A stretch of DNA of 64,000 nt from Octopus vulgaris (GCA_951406725.2 OX597822.1:1364001-1428000); one strand, 5' to 3'. Shown: positions 1-13,738, counted from the first letter of the stretch. The notes: generated from the sequence alone by a model not told the origin. Numbers and translations: made by a program.

Positions 1-47
1 CTACTACTACTACTACTACTACTACTACTATCGTTATTAATATTATT

Positions 48-593
48 GTTGAGTGAGAGAGCGATGCATGCCATGAAAGTGACACTGAGCTAAAATATAC
101 GAAACCCTGTATACCCATCATAACTACCCGTCTGATACACCAGGCACATGCATCACAACCATATGTACACGACATGGTGATCTCTTTTCAAAATAAACAG
201 CGCATGACCTTGCAGGTGAGGCCCAGTTAGAATTTTTTTCAGGTTGACTAGCCCATCCCGCTGGAAAGTTCCCTGAATAATGGTTGCTTAAGGATGTTGA
301 ATGAAACACTCATATTTCGAAAGGTGAATTATTCAAATCCCAAAGAATTCCTTTCAACACATGGTTATGATGCTCTCCAATTACTTCTGCTCGCACCAGA
401 GATGCACATATTGTCAGTCACCAAGGGACATGCTCAACTTGTTAATGTCAAAAAAGTGACAAACAAATCTGTGGTATTGAGCAGAATATTTGCCATAGCC
501 CATCTTTTACGCCAAGACAAAATATGTACATTATAACACGTCCAATCATTTAAGATCAGAAGACATGAGAGCCAGTGGCTGGTACTGCATCAG
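48..593. repeat. Interspersed ~550 bp non-coding repeat, unclassified
   Basis: Complex sequence bounded by (CTA)n and (TAT)n/(CAT)n tracts; resembles a high-copy octopus repeat as I recall it; no second copy in this window. Confidence 0.4.
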
Positions 594-619
594 TTATTAT
601 TATTATTATTATTATTATT

Positions 620-680
<61 letters not shown>

Positions 681-682
<2 letters not shown>

Positions 683-1275
683 TCCACCTTAGCGAAGACG
701 GAGGTATTGTTTTCAGTCGTGTTTGTTGGTTTGTTTGTCCTTGGACAAAATATCTCAAGAACCGGTGGATGGATTCGGATGAAACTTTCAGGGATGTTTT
801 TCCCCGTGACTCGCACGCACTGATTAGATTTTGGGATAGATCCGGTACCGGACAAGGATTCTGGATTATTTGTTATATTTACTTTACTTTACATGATTAC
901 GATCATAAGTTAACTTTCAAGTCTTTTTCAATTATCGCCCCTTAGGCTGTAACTATTTGGAATGGTGAATTTGTTAACTTTGGCTCGTATTAGATAAGAA
1001 TAAACTATATATAACTGCTACTAAATTTTCTGCTGCCACCTTCACATTCCATGAATACCTTTGGGATCGATCAGGTACCGGACAAGGATTCTGGATTGTT
1101 TTTCCGGTTTTTTACTTAATTTTTGAGACCGGTCGGGTTCCTTTTTAGTATTCTCTTTTGCGAGAGCAATCGATTTTATTTAAGATATTCTCAATTTAAA
1201 ATCATCTCTGGTTACTCGTTGAGAGGACGTTGGTGTTGCGTTAGTGGAGGTTTGCGCTCTCTATGTCCTCTTGCT
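681..1275 (+). mobile_element. Non-autonomous Helentron/HINE-like element
   Basis: 5' ctccacc...ggaggtattgttttcagtcgtgtttgtt...ggatggattcggatgaaactt and 3' gtggaggtttgcgctctct match HINE architecture (short subterminal IR ctccac/gtggag); internal 37-bp direct repeat ttgggat(a/c)gatc(c/a)ggtaccggacaaggattctggatt at ~831 and 1061. Confidence 0.5.
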
Positions 1276-1276
1276 A

Positions 1277-1347
<71 letters not shown>

Positions 1348-1353
1348 GTTATT

Positions 1354-1384
<31 letters not shown>

Positions 1385-1639
1385 TTATTAATATTATTAT
1401 TATACTCAATGTCTAACGCTCTTCTTACCAAGAAGAGAAATCTTTATTGTTGCTTTTTTTTTTATAATTGTTATTATTTTTGTTGTTGAGAAATGAAACA
1501 AATTTAAAAAAATTAAAACTTCGTGATAAATCTAGATACATACATAAAATTTTTAAGAGGCGAACAAATAGTGTGTGAAAAACTCTAACTAGTACCCGAT
1601 ATAAATATAGTTTTACCTCAGTTTCCCGATGTACCTCTG

Positions 1640-2125
1640 TCAATACTATGCATATTTGAGAGGTCTTCGTAGCCGTTCACAGTTGTGTAAATCTCCAAAA
1701 TATGACATCAGTGGTATCCTGGTGCTCAGCACGCCCGTTGCAAGGTCAAAGTACTTTAGCCAGCGAACAACAACAATGACAGAAAAGGGAGGAATGTCTC
1801 CATAAAAACCTCTTTTCTCTTCTGTGTACTCACTAAAATGTTTTTGGGAGTCTTAATAAGAAACCACGTAAAATCTACCATCAAGTTGAACCTCATCTTC
1901 CTTCCTCATTTCTTCATCACACAAGTGTCGTTTTATATATAACAACGCTTCGCTGATCTTGAAATTTTAGATTTCCAGATGTTGAGAAGCTTGTGATGCG
2001 CTCTCCAGGTACAAGCACGTCTCTTGCGAGTTAGTACGTCTTTCTCACAATCAGTAACATATGACCTCAGTGACTTGAAAGCACTGTGCGAATTTACTTG
2101 TGCAACGTTGGCTTTACAAACTGGC
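1640..2125 (-). mobile_element. Decayed RTE-like LINE ORF2 C-terminal fragment
   Basis: Minus strand reads FKSLRSYVTDCEKDVLTRKRRACTWRAHHKLLNIWKSKISRSAK then, with frameshifts, QLDG...FYGDIPPFSVIVVVRWLKY...DVIFWR, paralleling the RTE FKYLGS..EKDI..RK..AW..KL..IWKS / LYG.LP.IS..RRL motifs. Confidence 0.65.
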
Positions 2126-2278
2126 ATACGCATATACATATACATATACATACACACACATTTCCATGTATATATATATATATATATATACAGGGAGAGT
2201 TTGCGAAAAATACAACAAAAGATGAAGACAAGTGGTGTACAAAACAAACAGATGTATAACGCTCAAGAATAGAAAACA

Positions 2279-2345
<67 letters not shown>

Positions 2346-2448
2346 ATATTTAAAATTAAATAAGGGTAGATATTGATATTAATCAATTAAAACCGGTGGC
2401 CTAGCATATATTAAAAAAATCCGAAGATTACAAATTTTTTTAACACAC

Positions 2449-2784
2449 AAAATTTAGAGGACTGACCACTAAAAGTGGACACAATGCTGGACTTCGGTCG
2501 AGCGCCCTGTATCTAGTTCTAGAAATTGTGTTTCGTAAACGACAGACTATACTGATGATCTTGCAGATGTTTATGTATTCATATACGTAAATTATTAACA
2601 AGTGAAACTAATTAGTACATAGGTAATCGTTTTTATTTCGTATATTTTCATTTGTTTTCCTTATTTTTACACTTTGGTTTTTGCTGAATTTTTTCTTGAG
2701 AACACCTCCGTGGAAAATGGCGATTTTGACGTCTATATCTAGCATACGGGCTGTTCACTTTTAGTGGTCAATCCTCTAAATTTT
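2449..2784. repeat. (TA)n-embedded foldback element with ~33 bp inverted repeats
   Basis: aaaatttagaggactgaccactaaaagtggaca (2449-2481) vs tgttcacttttagtggtcaatcctctaaatttt (2752-2784). Confidence 0.75.
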
Positions 2785-2785
2785 G

Positions 2786-2826
<41 letters not shown>

Positions 2827-3594
2827 TGTGTGTATGTATGTATACACATTTGCACACACACATATGTATATATATATATGTGTATATATATATATGTATG
2901 TATGCACGGATAATCATATGTGCATTTTCTTTATACGTAAGCAGGGGAGAGTGTTACAACATATCTATAACGCATTTCCTCCAGATAAACTATTAAGTGG
3001 GCGCAATGCATTTGCATAAAGAAATCACTGAACCATTGTTTTAAATAATTTCATTACATCCCAACATCTACGAGGTGGTAGCATTGTATTTGAATTATCT
3101 GCTTTGTCGGAACTCGACAGAAAGTTTGACGCGTGCTGCGATTGTTTGAACCCATATCGTTACAGCACAGAACAGATAGTGTATATTTGTTTATATATAG
3201 TTGAAATTTAAACATAAATGTAGAAATATTAATTTAGAATTACGGTGCTATATTAGAGCCTGATTATATATATATATAAATATATATATTCATACGACTA
3301 TGTAAATATATATGTAAATATATGCATACACACGACTGTACACACACATATATATATATATATATAGTATCCTGACTTGTAACAGAAAGGAGGAATTTCG
3401 ATTATCCTCACGTGGTGAGTTGTAATGTATATAAGAAATTAAAAAAGGAAAATACGCATACTTACATAGTTTTAATGTAATTTTTAATATATCGACCGGT
3501 TTTGCTAGGGTACAATATGCACCAGTTTGCTAGAAAGTGGAGTTAAAACCCTCCAAAACCATATTCAATATATATTCAGCCTAATGTAACAAAC

Positions 3595-3689
3595 TCACCG
3601 GTAAAATTTCCAATTATTTTTATTTCCCTAAAATTTTTGATGCGTCTTGCAACCCTTTCAATAGTCTATTGAAAAGGTTGCAAGACGCA
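3595..3689. repeat. Foldback element with 49-nt hairpin; family copy at ~53698-53778 in opposite orientation
   Basis: tgcgtcttgcaaccctttcaatag-t-ctattgaaaaggttgcaagacgca (3641-3689); 53698-53778 is the reverse complement of ~3595-3667. Confidence 0.75.
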
Positions 3690-3733
3690 ACGAACTCATA
3701 TAAAGAATCTTGCTAACTAAATCCCAAAACGAA

Positions 3734-3766
<33 letters not shown>

Positions 3767-4071
3767 TATTTCGTTAGGAACGTATTAGAGTACAAAATAG
3801 AACGCTTTCACCCTTAGAATTAGTCGGTAGTAATCCAAGTCGCGACTTAGGCATTCATCATGTCTGAAAAATAAAAATTGAATAAATGGAATCAACAGGA
3901 AGGCGTGGGTTTAGATAGTTACTTATTAAAAACAACACATATCTCGATGCAAAATAGATCCACATATACACAGCATTTAAAATAAGCAACGGTTTACCTG
4001 TATTATGGGATCCAATTGTATCCCGTCGGTTGACATATAATCGTAAATTGACTTTGATATATATATATATC

Positions 4072-4335
4072 GATCGTAGGATCACGGTTTCGATTCCCAG
4101 ACGGGGCGTTGTGAGTGTTTATTGAGAGCGAAAACACCTAAAGCTCCAAGACGCTCCGGCATGGGGTGGTGGCGATCCCTGCTGTATTCTTCCGCCGCAA
4201 CTTTCTTTCACTCTTTCTTCTGTTGGCCTGCTCACTTGGCCAGAGGGGTGGCGTCATTTGAAGGCTAAAACAATGCGAAGCGCATTGTGACCAGCGATGT
4301 GTAGCAACATTTGAGAGCCTAGTCGGTGACGGTGA
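4072..4335 (+). mobile_element. tRNA-derived SINE family 3, 5'-truncated
   Basis: gtaggatcacggtttcgattcccagac...gttgtgagtgtttattgag...cgaaaacacctaaagctcca shared with 14172-14319; B-box-like gtttcgattcc. Confidence 0.75.
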
Positions 4336-4674
4336 TATATATATATTTACTAATTATATCTCAATCCACCCATTTACATTTATTTATGTTCTCTCTTATA
4401 ATTCACTCAACTCATTACATTGCTCGTGCTCGTTAAGATTCTATCAATCAATTAATCAATCATTAACATCACCGCAACTACGGTTATTACCAGCGTCATC
4501 CTAATACAAGAACAAATGCACCTTCGCCGTCACCATTTTCAGAATTATTATTTGCATCATGGCCCGTATTGCCAAAATCAGCGACACTGTTAGAACTAAA
4601 GGATTTAGCGTCAGGTCCATCATCAGTATTATACTATCAATAATAATTAAATAATAATATTTAAGTCTGTAGGC

Positions 4675-4736
<62 letters not shown>

Positions 4737-5415
4737 ATATTATATATACATATATATACATATATATATATATTATATATATATATATTATATATACATA
4801 TATATACATATATATATATATTATATATTATATATACATATATATATATGTATATATTTATTTATATATATATATACATATATATATATATACATATATA
4901 TATATGTGTGTGTGTGTATATATATATATATATACATAAATATACACACATATATATATTATATACATATATATATATATAAATATACACACATATATAT
5001 TATATATATTATATATATACACACACAAACAAACACATACACACGTCTGTAAATGGTAAATAATGTTAAATGTTTTATAAATGTATATATAAATATTTAG
5101 GAATTATATTAATATATAGATATAAATATATGCAAGTATATATGTGTACGTGTTTGTAAGTATGTATGTATTGTATGTATATGTATGTATATATATATAT
5201 ATATACATGTGTATATGTAAATATATATATGTGTGTGTATGTGTGCATCTATCTATCTACCTCACTATATATCTATCTCTGTCTGTCTCTCTCTGTATAT
5301 ATACATACATGCTTATATGTGTACATATATATATATGTCTGTGAACATATATATAAACATATATATGTATTTGTACATATATGTATGTATATATGCATGT
5401 TTTATTTATTAATTT

Positions 5416-5490
<75 letters not shown>

Positions 5491-6198
5491 GTGTTTAATT
5501 AAATAAGCGACGCAGTTTGGAGCCAGGTCTCCTAACGTCCTGGTCACTGAATGTGTGGAGGGTGTCGTGTCAGCACTGCACGGCATATTCTCGTTAGAAG
5601 GTTCCACACAGTATAGACAACGGACACGCTTTCCAACATTGGCCTCCTTCCTATTTACTCATAAGAGAAACGAGATTATGAATTCCTCAGTTGATTTACC
5701 TGCATCGCACAAGAAGTGAGAAGTGTCCAAGATGTGAGGTGAGGTCAAAGATTTATCATTCCAGATGGATTACCTCCGTAGACGTCAGCGAAGCATTGAC
5801 TTACCAATTTATTTTCTGGCACTGCAGATATATTGTCTGCTGCGTAATGTGTGTAATTGTGTGTATGTACGTACGTATATATGTATGCATATATGTATGT
5901 ATGCATGCATGTGTGTGTATTAGGGTGTATGTAAGTGTATATGTATATATGTATGCATATACTTATATACAGATAGATTTATATAGTAGTATTTAAATAT
6001 ATACATATATGCTTATATATGTATATAAGCATATATATGTTATCTACCTATATCTATATCGATATCTATATATATCTATATGTATGCATGTATGTATGTA
6101 TGTATGTATGTATGTATGTATGTTTGCATGTGTGTATGCATGTTTGTACGTATATATGTATGTATGTATGTATGTATATATCTATCTATCTATCTATC

Positions 6199-6232
<34 letters not shown>

Positions 6233-6282
6233 TATACATATAATAATATAAATAATATAATATATATATATATACTCTATAC

Positions 6283-6345
<63 letters not shown>

Positions 6346-6512
6346 CAAAGATAGATAGATAGATATTGATATATGCGCGTATAGATATATGTATATTTAA
6401 ATATTACTAATAAATATATAAACACGAATATACATATATAATTATATAATCTCTAGTACACACACATACACACACGCACATATCTATATATATTAATACA
6501 TATTAACTTATA

Positions 6513-6953
6513 GGATCTTTTCACTTTGACCATCAGATTTTTAAAATAATTTCTTTGTAACTAAACACTTTTAAACTTCGTATACTGTTAGAATGTATTA
6601 TATAAAACATATTTTTCTCTTGGCTTTCTTGAGAAAACTCTGTAGTTTGTAAACTATTTCTTGTTAAACTTCTTGCATTTTAGGCAATTTCAACCAATCA
6701 ATGACGTCTGTTGCCGTGAATACAATTTCTACGGTTGTTTGTCAATGCGGTGTCTACTGAGTTTGTCACTGCTATTTATGAGAAAAAAGATACCCTTTCC
6801 CCCCTCCCCTAACTCTAACCCCTAGTCCTAACCCTAAGAAAGCCAAGAGAAAAAGATGCTTTATGTAACACATTCTACCAGTATACGAACTTTAAAAGTG
6901 TTTAGTTACAAAGAAATTATTTTAAAAATCTGCCGTTCAAAGTGAAAAGATCC
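6513..6953. mobile_element. MITE with ~118 bp terminal inverted repeats
   Basis: ggatcttttcactttga...ctcttggctttctt (6513-6630) is reverse-complementary to aagaaagccaagag...tcaaagtgaaaagatcc (6836-6953); internal cctaac-like repeats at ~6808-6837; no clean TSD. Confidence 0.85.
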
Positions 6954-7679
6954 AACTCTTATGCTTGATAGTTTTCTCATACAAATCTTTTATCATCCAA
7001 CCAATTCATTAAACGTTGATTTCACTTTATACTGTCCCTTGTTGTATGCTATTATTCATAGTAATTATCATCCGTTAATGTATTTATATCCACCCCTATT
7101 TGATGTTGTGGTTTCTGCGGGTGCATGACTTAGTTGTTTGGTGTGTTGGTATCATGATCGTAAGTTCTACTTCCAGACCGGATGTTGCGATTTATCCTTG
7201 ATCAACAATATATAATTTCCGCCATCTCTTGTCTTCTTCGCAACTGTGACGGCTATGTTCCATTAGAATCAATTTGAAGGACACAAGATGATGTCCATGT
7301 TTACTCGTGAGTATATAGGTACTTAGAAGAATAAGCAAAAGCAGGTGCCGGCTAAGCAGTTTTGAAGTTGTTGTCTTGCGAATATGGAATAGATATTCTA
7401 ATACTGTTGAAACTTTTCTAATTTGTGAGGGGCAAGTTAGCTTTCATCACAGATAATTATGTATTCGTCCGTGGATAAAGAAAATAATTGCTTACTGTTA
7501 ATATAACAAAATAGCAATTGCTTCTACATTGTATCTTAATAAAATATAAGCAAGAATCAAGCTTAAACGTAACACGTATAGGAATATTTATTATGTCTGC
7601 TATATTCCTGATATCATAGAAAACGTGTAGATTCACTTATATTTAATTGCGTCCATTTTATCCTTGGCTAGTTTAAACC

Positions 7680-7811
<132 letters not shown>

Positions 7812-7879
7812 GCCAAACAAACAAACACACACAGACACACAGATGTATGCGTATGTACACGCTCGAGCGAGTACATATT

Positions 7880-8073
7880 CCTTTGCTTGTTCCTGGTATT
7901 TAACTGCAGCCATGCTGGAGCACCGCCTTAAAGAGTTTTAGCCGAAGAAATTGCCCCCAGGTCTTATTCTTTGGAAGCCTAGTACTTATTCCCTCGGAAT
8001 ATTTTGCCGAACCGCTAGTTCACGAGGACAAGCAACCTACAAAAACACATACGTACATACATACATACATACA

Positions 8074-8105
<32 letters not shown>

Positions 8106-8141
8106 CATACATATACCTACATATACATACATATACATACA

Positions 8142-8172
<31 letters not shown>

Positions 8173-8340
8173 ATATACAACAGGTTGTTTTCAGTTTCCT
8201 TCTACCAAATACGCTCACAAGGCCTTGGTCGGCCCGATTCGTAGTAGACAAAACTTGACCCAGGTGCTACGCAGTGGGACTGAACCTAGAACCATGTGGT
8301 TTGGAAGCAAGCTTCTTCCCACACAGCCGCGACTGCGCCT
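7880..8340 (-). mobile_element. tRNA/CORE-like SINE family 2 (octopus OR-type), with internal (TACA)n
   Basis: Reverse complement of the 29272-29665 copy: head aggcgcagtcgcggctgtgtggg..ggttcagtccc and tail ggcggtgctccagcatggctgcag. Confidence 0.8.
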
Positions 8341-8413
8341 AATTCTTTTGGAGGATAGGGGTTCACGAAACTCATAAAACTAAAATTAATGCACTGGGTT
8401 GAAAATCCCTTTT

Positions 8414-8449
<36 letters not shown>

Positions 8450-8750
8450 TCCTCCTCCTTCTTCTTCCTTACCAAGAATTCACATGAACCTCGAACCCAC
8501 AAGAGTAAACAAGAGAGACAGAGAAAGGCAGAAACAAGGAAAATGCCACTTGTATTTGAACACTATACAAATATTCTTTTAAAAAACTTTTCTTTCAATT
8601 TTTCTAAATTTAATTTTTTAATTATTACAGTTAACAAGGTCTCAAATGACGGAAACCGGTACTAAAATGTTCTTTATAAAATTATCTTAGCATTTTCTAT
8701 CTTGACTTGTTTTTTCATATATATCAACTCGTGTGTCCTTTTCATCCTTA

Positions 8751-8793
<43 letters not shown>

Positions 8794-8799
8794 TTGCGT

Positions 8800-8940
8800 G
8801 TGTGTTTGTCCCCACACATCCACTTAACAACCGGTATTGATGTGTTTACATCCTCGTAACCTAGCGTATCGGTCAAAAGACCGATAGAATAAGTACTAAG
8901 TTGAGGAAATAAGTCCTGGAGTCAATTTGTTCGGCTAAAA
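8800..8940 (+). mobile_element. SINE family 2, 3' body fragment
   Basis: gtgtttgtcccc...caaaagaccgatagaataagtact matches the family 2 body. Confidence 0.7.
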
Positions 8941-9162
8941 GAAGAAAAATTATTCCTCATCCTCTCGAAAGTTTGTAAATTCTTATGATATCAAAAATGT
9001 GTGTGTGTGTGAGTGTGTGTATGTGTGTGCTTGTGTGCTTGTATGCCGGTGTGTATGTATTTGTGTATGTATGTGCGTTTGTGTATGTGTGTGTGTGTGT
9101 TTGTAACTTGTATTGCAAACTTACAGTGAACTCAGAATGATAATTGCTTCCTTTTCTTTCAG

Positions 9163-9350
9163 GAGATAAAAGCGAATGTGATGGTAAAGACGGGGGTCAG
9201 AGTTCATCTAAAAGAAGACGCACGCGGACAAATTTTAGTGGTTGGCAGCTGGACGAATTGGAACAAGCATTTAAAGATAGTCATTACCCTGATGTTTTTA
9301 TGAGAGAAGCCCTTGCGCTGAAGTTGGATTTAGTGGAATCCAGAGTCCAA
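9163..9350 (+). CDS. unc-4: Internal coding exon of an Unc-4/UNCX-family paired-like homeobox gene (N-terminal arm, helices 1-2 and start of helix 3)
   Basis: Translates (phase 1) to [63 protein letters not shown]; RTNFxGWQL and [13 protein letters not shown] are diagnostic of Unc-4/UNCX. Acceptor ttgcttccttttctttcAG (AG 9161-9162), donor GTAAG at 9351 exactly after homeodomain Q46, the conserved PRD-class intron position. Confidence 0.95.
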
Positions 9351-9369
9351 GTAAGAAGAATTAACGATG

Positions 9370-9370
<1 letters not shown>

Positions 9371-9461
<91 letters not shown>

Positions 9462-9530
9462 TTATTATTATTATCATTATTATTATTACTATTATTATTT
9501 TTATTATTATCATCATCATCATCATCATTA
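9371..9530. repeat. (ATT)n/(CAT)n microsatellite 20 nt downstream of the donor site
   Basis: Direct reading. Confidence 0.95.
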
Positions 9531-9533
9531 TCA

Positions 9534-9967
9534 AAGTAGCGAGCTGGCAAAATCGTTAGCACGCCGGACGAAATGCTTAGCGGTATTTCCTCTGCCGCTA
9601 CGTTCTAAGTTCAAATTCCGCCGAGGTCGACTTTGCCTTTCATCCTTTCGGGGTCGATTAAATAAGTTCCAGTTACGCACTGGGGACGATATAATCGACT
9701 TAATCTGTTTGTCTGTCCATGTTTGTCCTTTGTGTTTAGCCCCTGGTGGGTAGTAAAGAAATAGATATTTCGTCTGCCGTTACGTTCTGTGTTCAAATTC
9801 CGCCGAGGTCGACTTTGCCCTTCATCCTTTCGGGGTCGATAAATTAAGTACCAGTTACACACTGGGGACGATATAATCGACTTAATCCGTTTCTCTGTCC
9901 TTGTTTGTCTGTCTATGTTTGTCCTCTTTGTGTTTAGCCCCTTGTGGGTAGTAAAGAAATAGGTATT
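9534..9967 (+). mobile_element. tRNA-derived SINE family 1 (Meta-domain-like body), head + 2 tandem bodies
   Basis: Head gcgagctggcaaaatcgttagc (A-box-like), gttcaaattcc (B-box), body gcctttcatcctttcggggtcgataaa..gtaccag; unit junction at ~9763. Confidence 0.85.
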
Positions 9968-10296
9968 CCATGCATAGCTCTGTGTGATGTAAATGGGTGT
10001 GAAGTGGTCGTGCACAGTTGTGTGTGACTAGTACTTGTAGTCCATATTTGTGATACTTAGAATTGAAAAATGTGTATGGGATAGCAAGAATTAATGTGAT
10101 CATTCTGGATATCAGCCAATCCATTGAAATTCATTAACAAGGTGTTTCTTTGATGGAAATAATGTGCTAAGTTCTTTTGTTAAAGGATACTATAATTTGC
10201 TGCAGTGAATGCAATTTCTCCCGGGAGCAGTGTTGAGTGTTACGAGCTTTAGGTGAGTTAGAAAGTATTTTGTCAGCGATATTTTATGTGATATTA

Positions 10297-10731
10297 TGGA
10301 AGATCCTGGAGGGACTTGTACCAAACTTTGGCATCGAGTGTTACACAAATACTAGAACTGGGCGCCACTGCATAGTGCCAAGGATTCCAAATTTGCCATG
10401 AAGATGTAGGACAAGATACTGCAATAGCCTGGGCTTCAGAGGTCCACAGCTCTTCAATATCCTCCCGAAGGACCTGAGAGACCTGCATGGGGTGGATGTA
10501 GGTGTCTTCAAAATAAAGCTGGCCCTCTTCCTGTCAGGTGTCCCAGATGAACCAACTTCGCGGGAGGAGGGGCATATGAGGGCAGCTGTATCAAACTCTC
10601 TCATGCATCAAATGTCAATTGCTAAAAAGCATTCGTGAAATAAAATTATGTAGCAACACCAAATGGCGGTGCCCCAGTATGGCCAAAGCTCGTGAGCTGA
10701 AACTAGATGAAATATGAAATAGAAATAGAAA
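10297..10731 (+). mobile_element. CR1-clade LINE 3' end (ORF2 C-terminus + 3' UTR)
   Basis: WKILEGLVPNFGIECYTNTRTGRHCIVPRIPNLP*RCRTRYCNSLGFRGPQLFNILPKDLRDLHGVDVGVFKIKLALFLSGVPDEP..SNSL; one internal stop; (gaaata)n tail. Confidence 0.85.
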
Positions 10732-11904
10732 TATGTTTATATAAAGCCATAGCCAGTTCAATAATGGTTTAGCTACAGTAACCATAGCCAGTTCAACAAT
10801 CGTACAATAATAACAACAACAACAACAACCACAGAGTGTAAAATAATGATATAAAAAAATAATGATAGTCAGTTAAATAATGGTATTATAATAACAACAA
10901 CGAAGACTATAGCCAATAAAAATGTCTAACATCAACGGTGACCAGTTTACTAATGATAAAAAAGCAACAACTAGCAGAAGAATAACAACAAAAGCAACAA
11001 TAACCAGGATCAAAATGGCACAACAAAAGCAAAAACAACAGCAGCAACATGTCCTTCCTTTCCAAACAAAAAAAAAAGATCAATAACACCAATAAAAATT
11101 AGACAGAATCCCGTTAATCACAATCGAATTTTAAAATTAAATAAGTAGGTGCACCTCGATGCAGATGTATGCAAATAATCTTGTCGAGGCGTAAGCGAAA
11201 GCGCATGTATAAAGCTTGTGTGCGTATGTGTGCGAATGTGCCAGTGTATCTGTCTCTGTGTTTGTGTGTGTGTAACTATGTTTGTGTGTTTGTGTGTATG
11301 TGTGTATGTGGGTGGGTGTCAGTGAGTGTGGGAACGTGTTTGTACTCAGAGAATTGCATGAATTTCGGTGTTAGTCTCGAATATATTTGCGATAATGAGA
11401 GAAATATTGTTGGCAGTTGGGAATATTGTTTTATTTTGTTTGGTTATGGTCGTTATTAGCCGCAGATTATCTACAAAATATTTCTCACTGAATACAAATG
11501 ACAACCATCTTTATTTTTAATTCTTCTTATTAGCTTTGTTTCATGGTTTTTTGTTTTTGATTTTATAATGTTTACCTCCCAGATGGTGCCCAATTTTTCT
11601 AAGCTACAATTATAGTTAGCATCAATAGATTTATTTTACACAGTGGATTCACAGAGATAATGAAAGGATATAAGCTGTATTGAATTCATTTCAGATCATT
11701 TTCTTCCTACAATGCCACACAGCTAGAGTGATGACATTGTATTTGTAAGAGCAAATTGTTTATTAACCATATTCTCCCCCGACATACTAAATTATTATTA
11801 TTATACGCATATTTTTGTATAATTCCCAGCAGAAGTGGCAGGAAACATATTTGGAATTGAGACGAAATCATGATGGTCTGCCTATTTAACTGCCGAGTCC
11901 CTCC

Positions 11905-11905
11905 G

Positions 11906-12000
<95 letters not shown>

Positions 12001-12045
12001 GTCTGTCTATCTATCTATCTTTCTATCTATCTATCTGTCCGTCTG

Positions 12046-12120
<75 letters not shown>

Positions 12121-12830
12121 CTATCCTATCTATCTATCTATCTATCCTATCTATCTATCTATGTATCATACACAAATACACACACACACACACACATGCA
12201 TACACACATAGATTGACAAACATTATTGAAATGCATTGTTGCTTATTGTAGAACATAGCAGCGAATAGTGTACAATGACGAAACCTATCAAAATCTAAGG
12301 CATATATATATACATATAAATATATATATATATTTATACATATAAATAAATATATATATATATATATGTGTGTGTATGTAAACTTATATAAACACACATG
12401 CACAAACACACACACACATATATATATATATACAAATGTATGCATATACATATGTGTATGTATGCGAGTGTGTTTGTGCACCTGTCTAATATTCTACATC
12501 CGTAAATACATACATACATATATGCATACATTTATTATATAGATTATATACATATACATGCACACATACATACATACATACATACATACATACATACACA
12601 CATACACACATACATACATACATACATACATACATACATACATACATACATGCATACATACAAGCATGCATACATACATACATGCATACATACATACATG
12701 CATACATACATACATACATATATACATACATACATACATACATATAAACATGCATACATACATACATACATACATACATACATACATACATACATACATA
12801 CATACATACATACATACATACAGATATACA
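11905..12830. repeat. Compound (ATCT)n, (CA/TA)n and (TACA)n microsatellites
   Basis: Direct reading. Confidence 0.9.
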
Positions 12831-12942
12831 TATATAATTTAAATATAGGATAAAATCTTTCTAAGTATTTATCAAGTAGTTAGCGTGAAAAACCTCATAA
12901 GGGAAAAATTTATTCATTGTTCCCTATAAATATATTTATTTC

Positions 12943-13144
12943 TATTGAGGGCATTACTATACATAAATGCCTCACGCTAGGAGGAACCCTTAAAATCATA
13001 CGATACGCAGATGAGTCTGATTTTAGGGAGCTCGCTTCGAGAGTTGCATTCCCTCGCGAACAATACAGTGTGGTTATTATGGTAGTTTTGACTTTAAGAG
13101 TCCCTCCTAGCGTGAGGCATTTATGTATACTAATGCCCTTAATA
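12943..13144. repeat. (TA)n-adjacent foldback element with ~56 bp inverted repeats
   Basis: tattgagggcattactatacataaatgcctcacgctaggagg..aatca (12943-12998) vs tgactt..cctcctagcgtgaggcatttatgtatactaatgcccttaata (13089-13144). Confidence 0.85.
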
Positions 13145-13148
13145 TATA

Positions 13149-13198
<50 letters not shown>

Positions 13199-13443
13199 AC
13201 ACACAAGCATATAAGTGGAATTTCACACCCACTCTTCTCTCCTTAAAAGTATTAAAATGTAAACGTAAACGTAACAAAGGAAAAGTGGAGCTGTGAAAGG
13301 AAACGAGAACAAAAAGAGAGAATTGGAAAAATGCAAGCGTTAAAGAGACGCCGGGTGGACGGGTGCAGAAACTTAAGAATACCATTAGAGGATTATATAG
13401 TTTGATACGGTTGTAAGTCATCGGCTCATTTAACAGTAACTAC

Positions 13444-13520
13444 TAATCTAATTAAGTGACACTCCTATGACAATATATCGCTCACCTCTGCCTCAAACAA
13501 AGAGCCGTTGTGATGCAAAT
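13444..13520. promoter_or_regulatory. Candidate intronic enhancer motifs: paired-like homeodomain P3 palindrome, Sox site and octamer
   Basis: TAATCTAATTA (13444-13454) fits TAATYNRATTA; AACAAAG (13496-13502); ATGCAAAT (13513-13520); motif match only. Confidence 0.3.
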
Positions 13521-13643
13521 AGAAACACAGCCAAGCGATTCTCTCACTCTTCTTACACACAATTGAACACGTTGTATTTACGTTTTTGAAAGGAAAAAGC
13601 CAGTAGACACACACAGCGATGTTTGCCCACGGTTTTCCCTAAT

Positions 13644-13708
<65 letters not shown>

Positions 13709-13738
13709 TATGTATATATTTATATGTATATATTTATA

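Noticed and set aside
5640-5830. YLHR..CPRC..HC peptide resembling a LINE C-terminal zinc knuckle
   Set aside because: Short, spacing atypical, no flanking RT/RNase H motifs seen
9144-9539. ORF-track call as a 131 aa single-exon protein with poly-Tyr tail
   Set aside because: Extends across both splice sites; the true coding part is 9163-9350
9534-9967. Repeated units as a CRISPR-like array
   Set aside because: No unique spacers, eukaryotic SINE sequence, no cas genes
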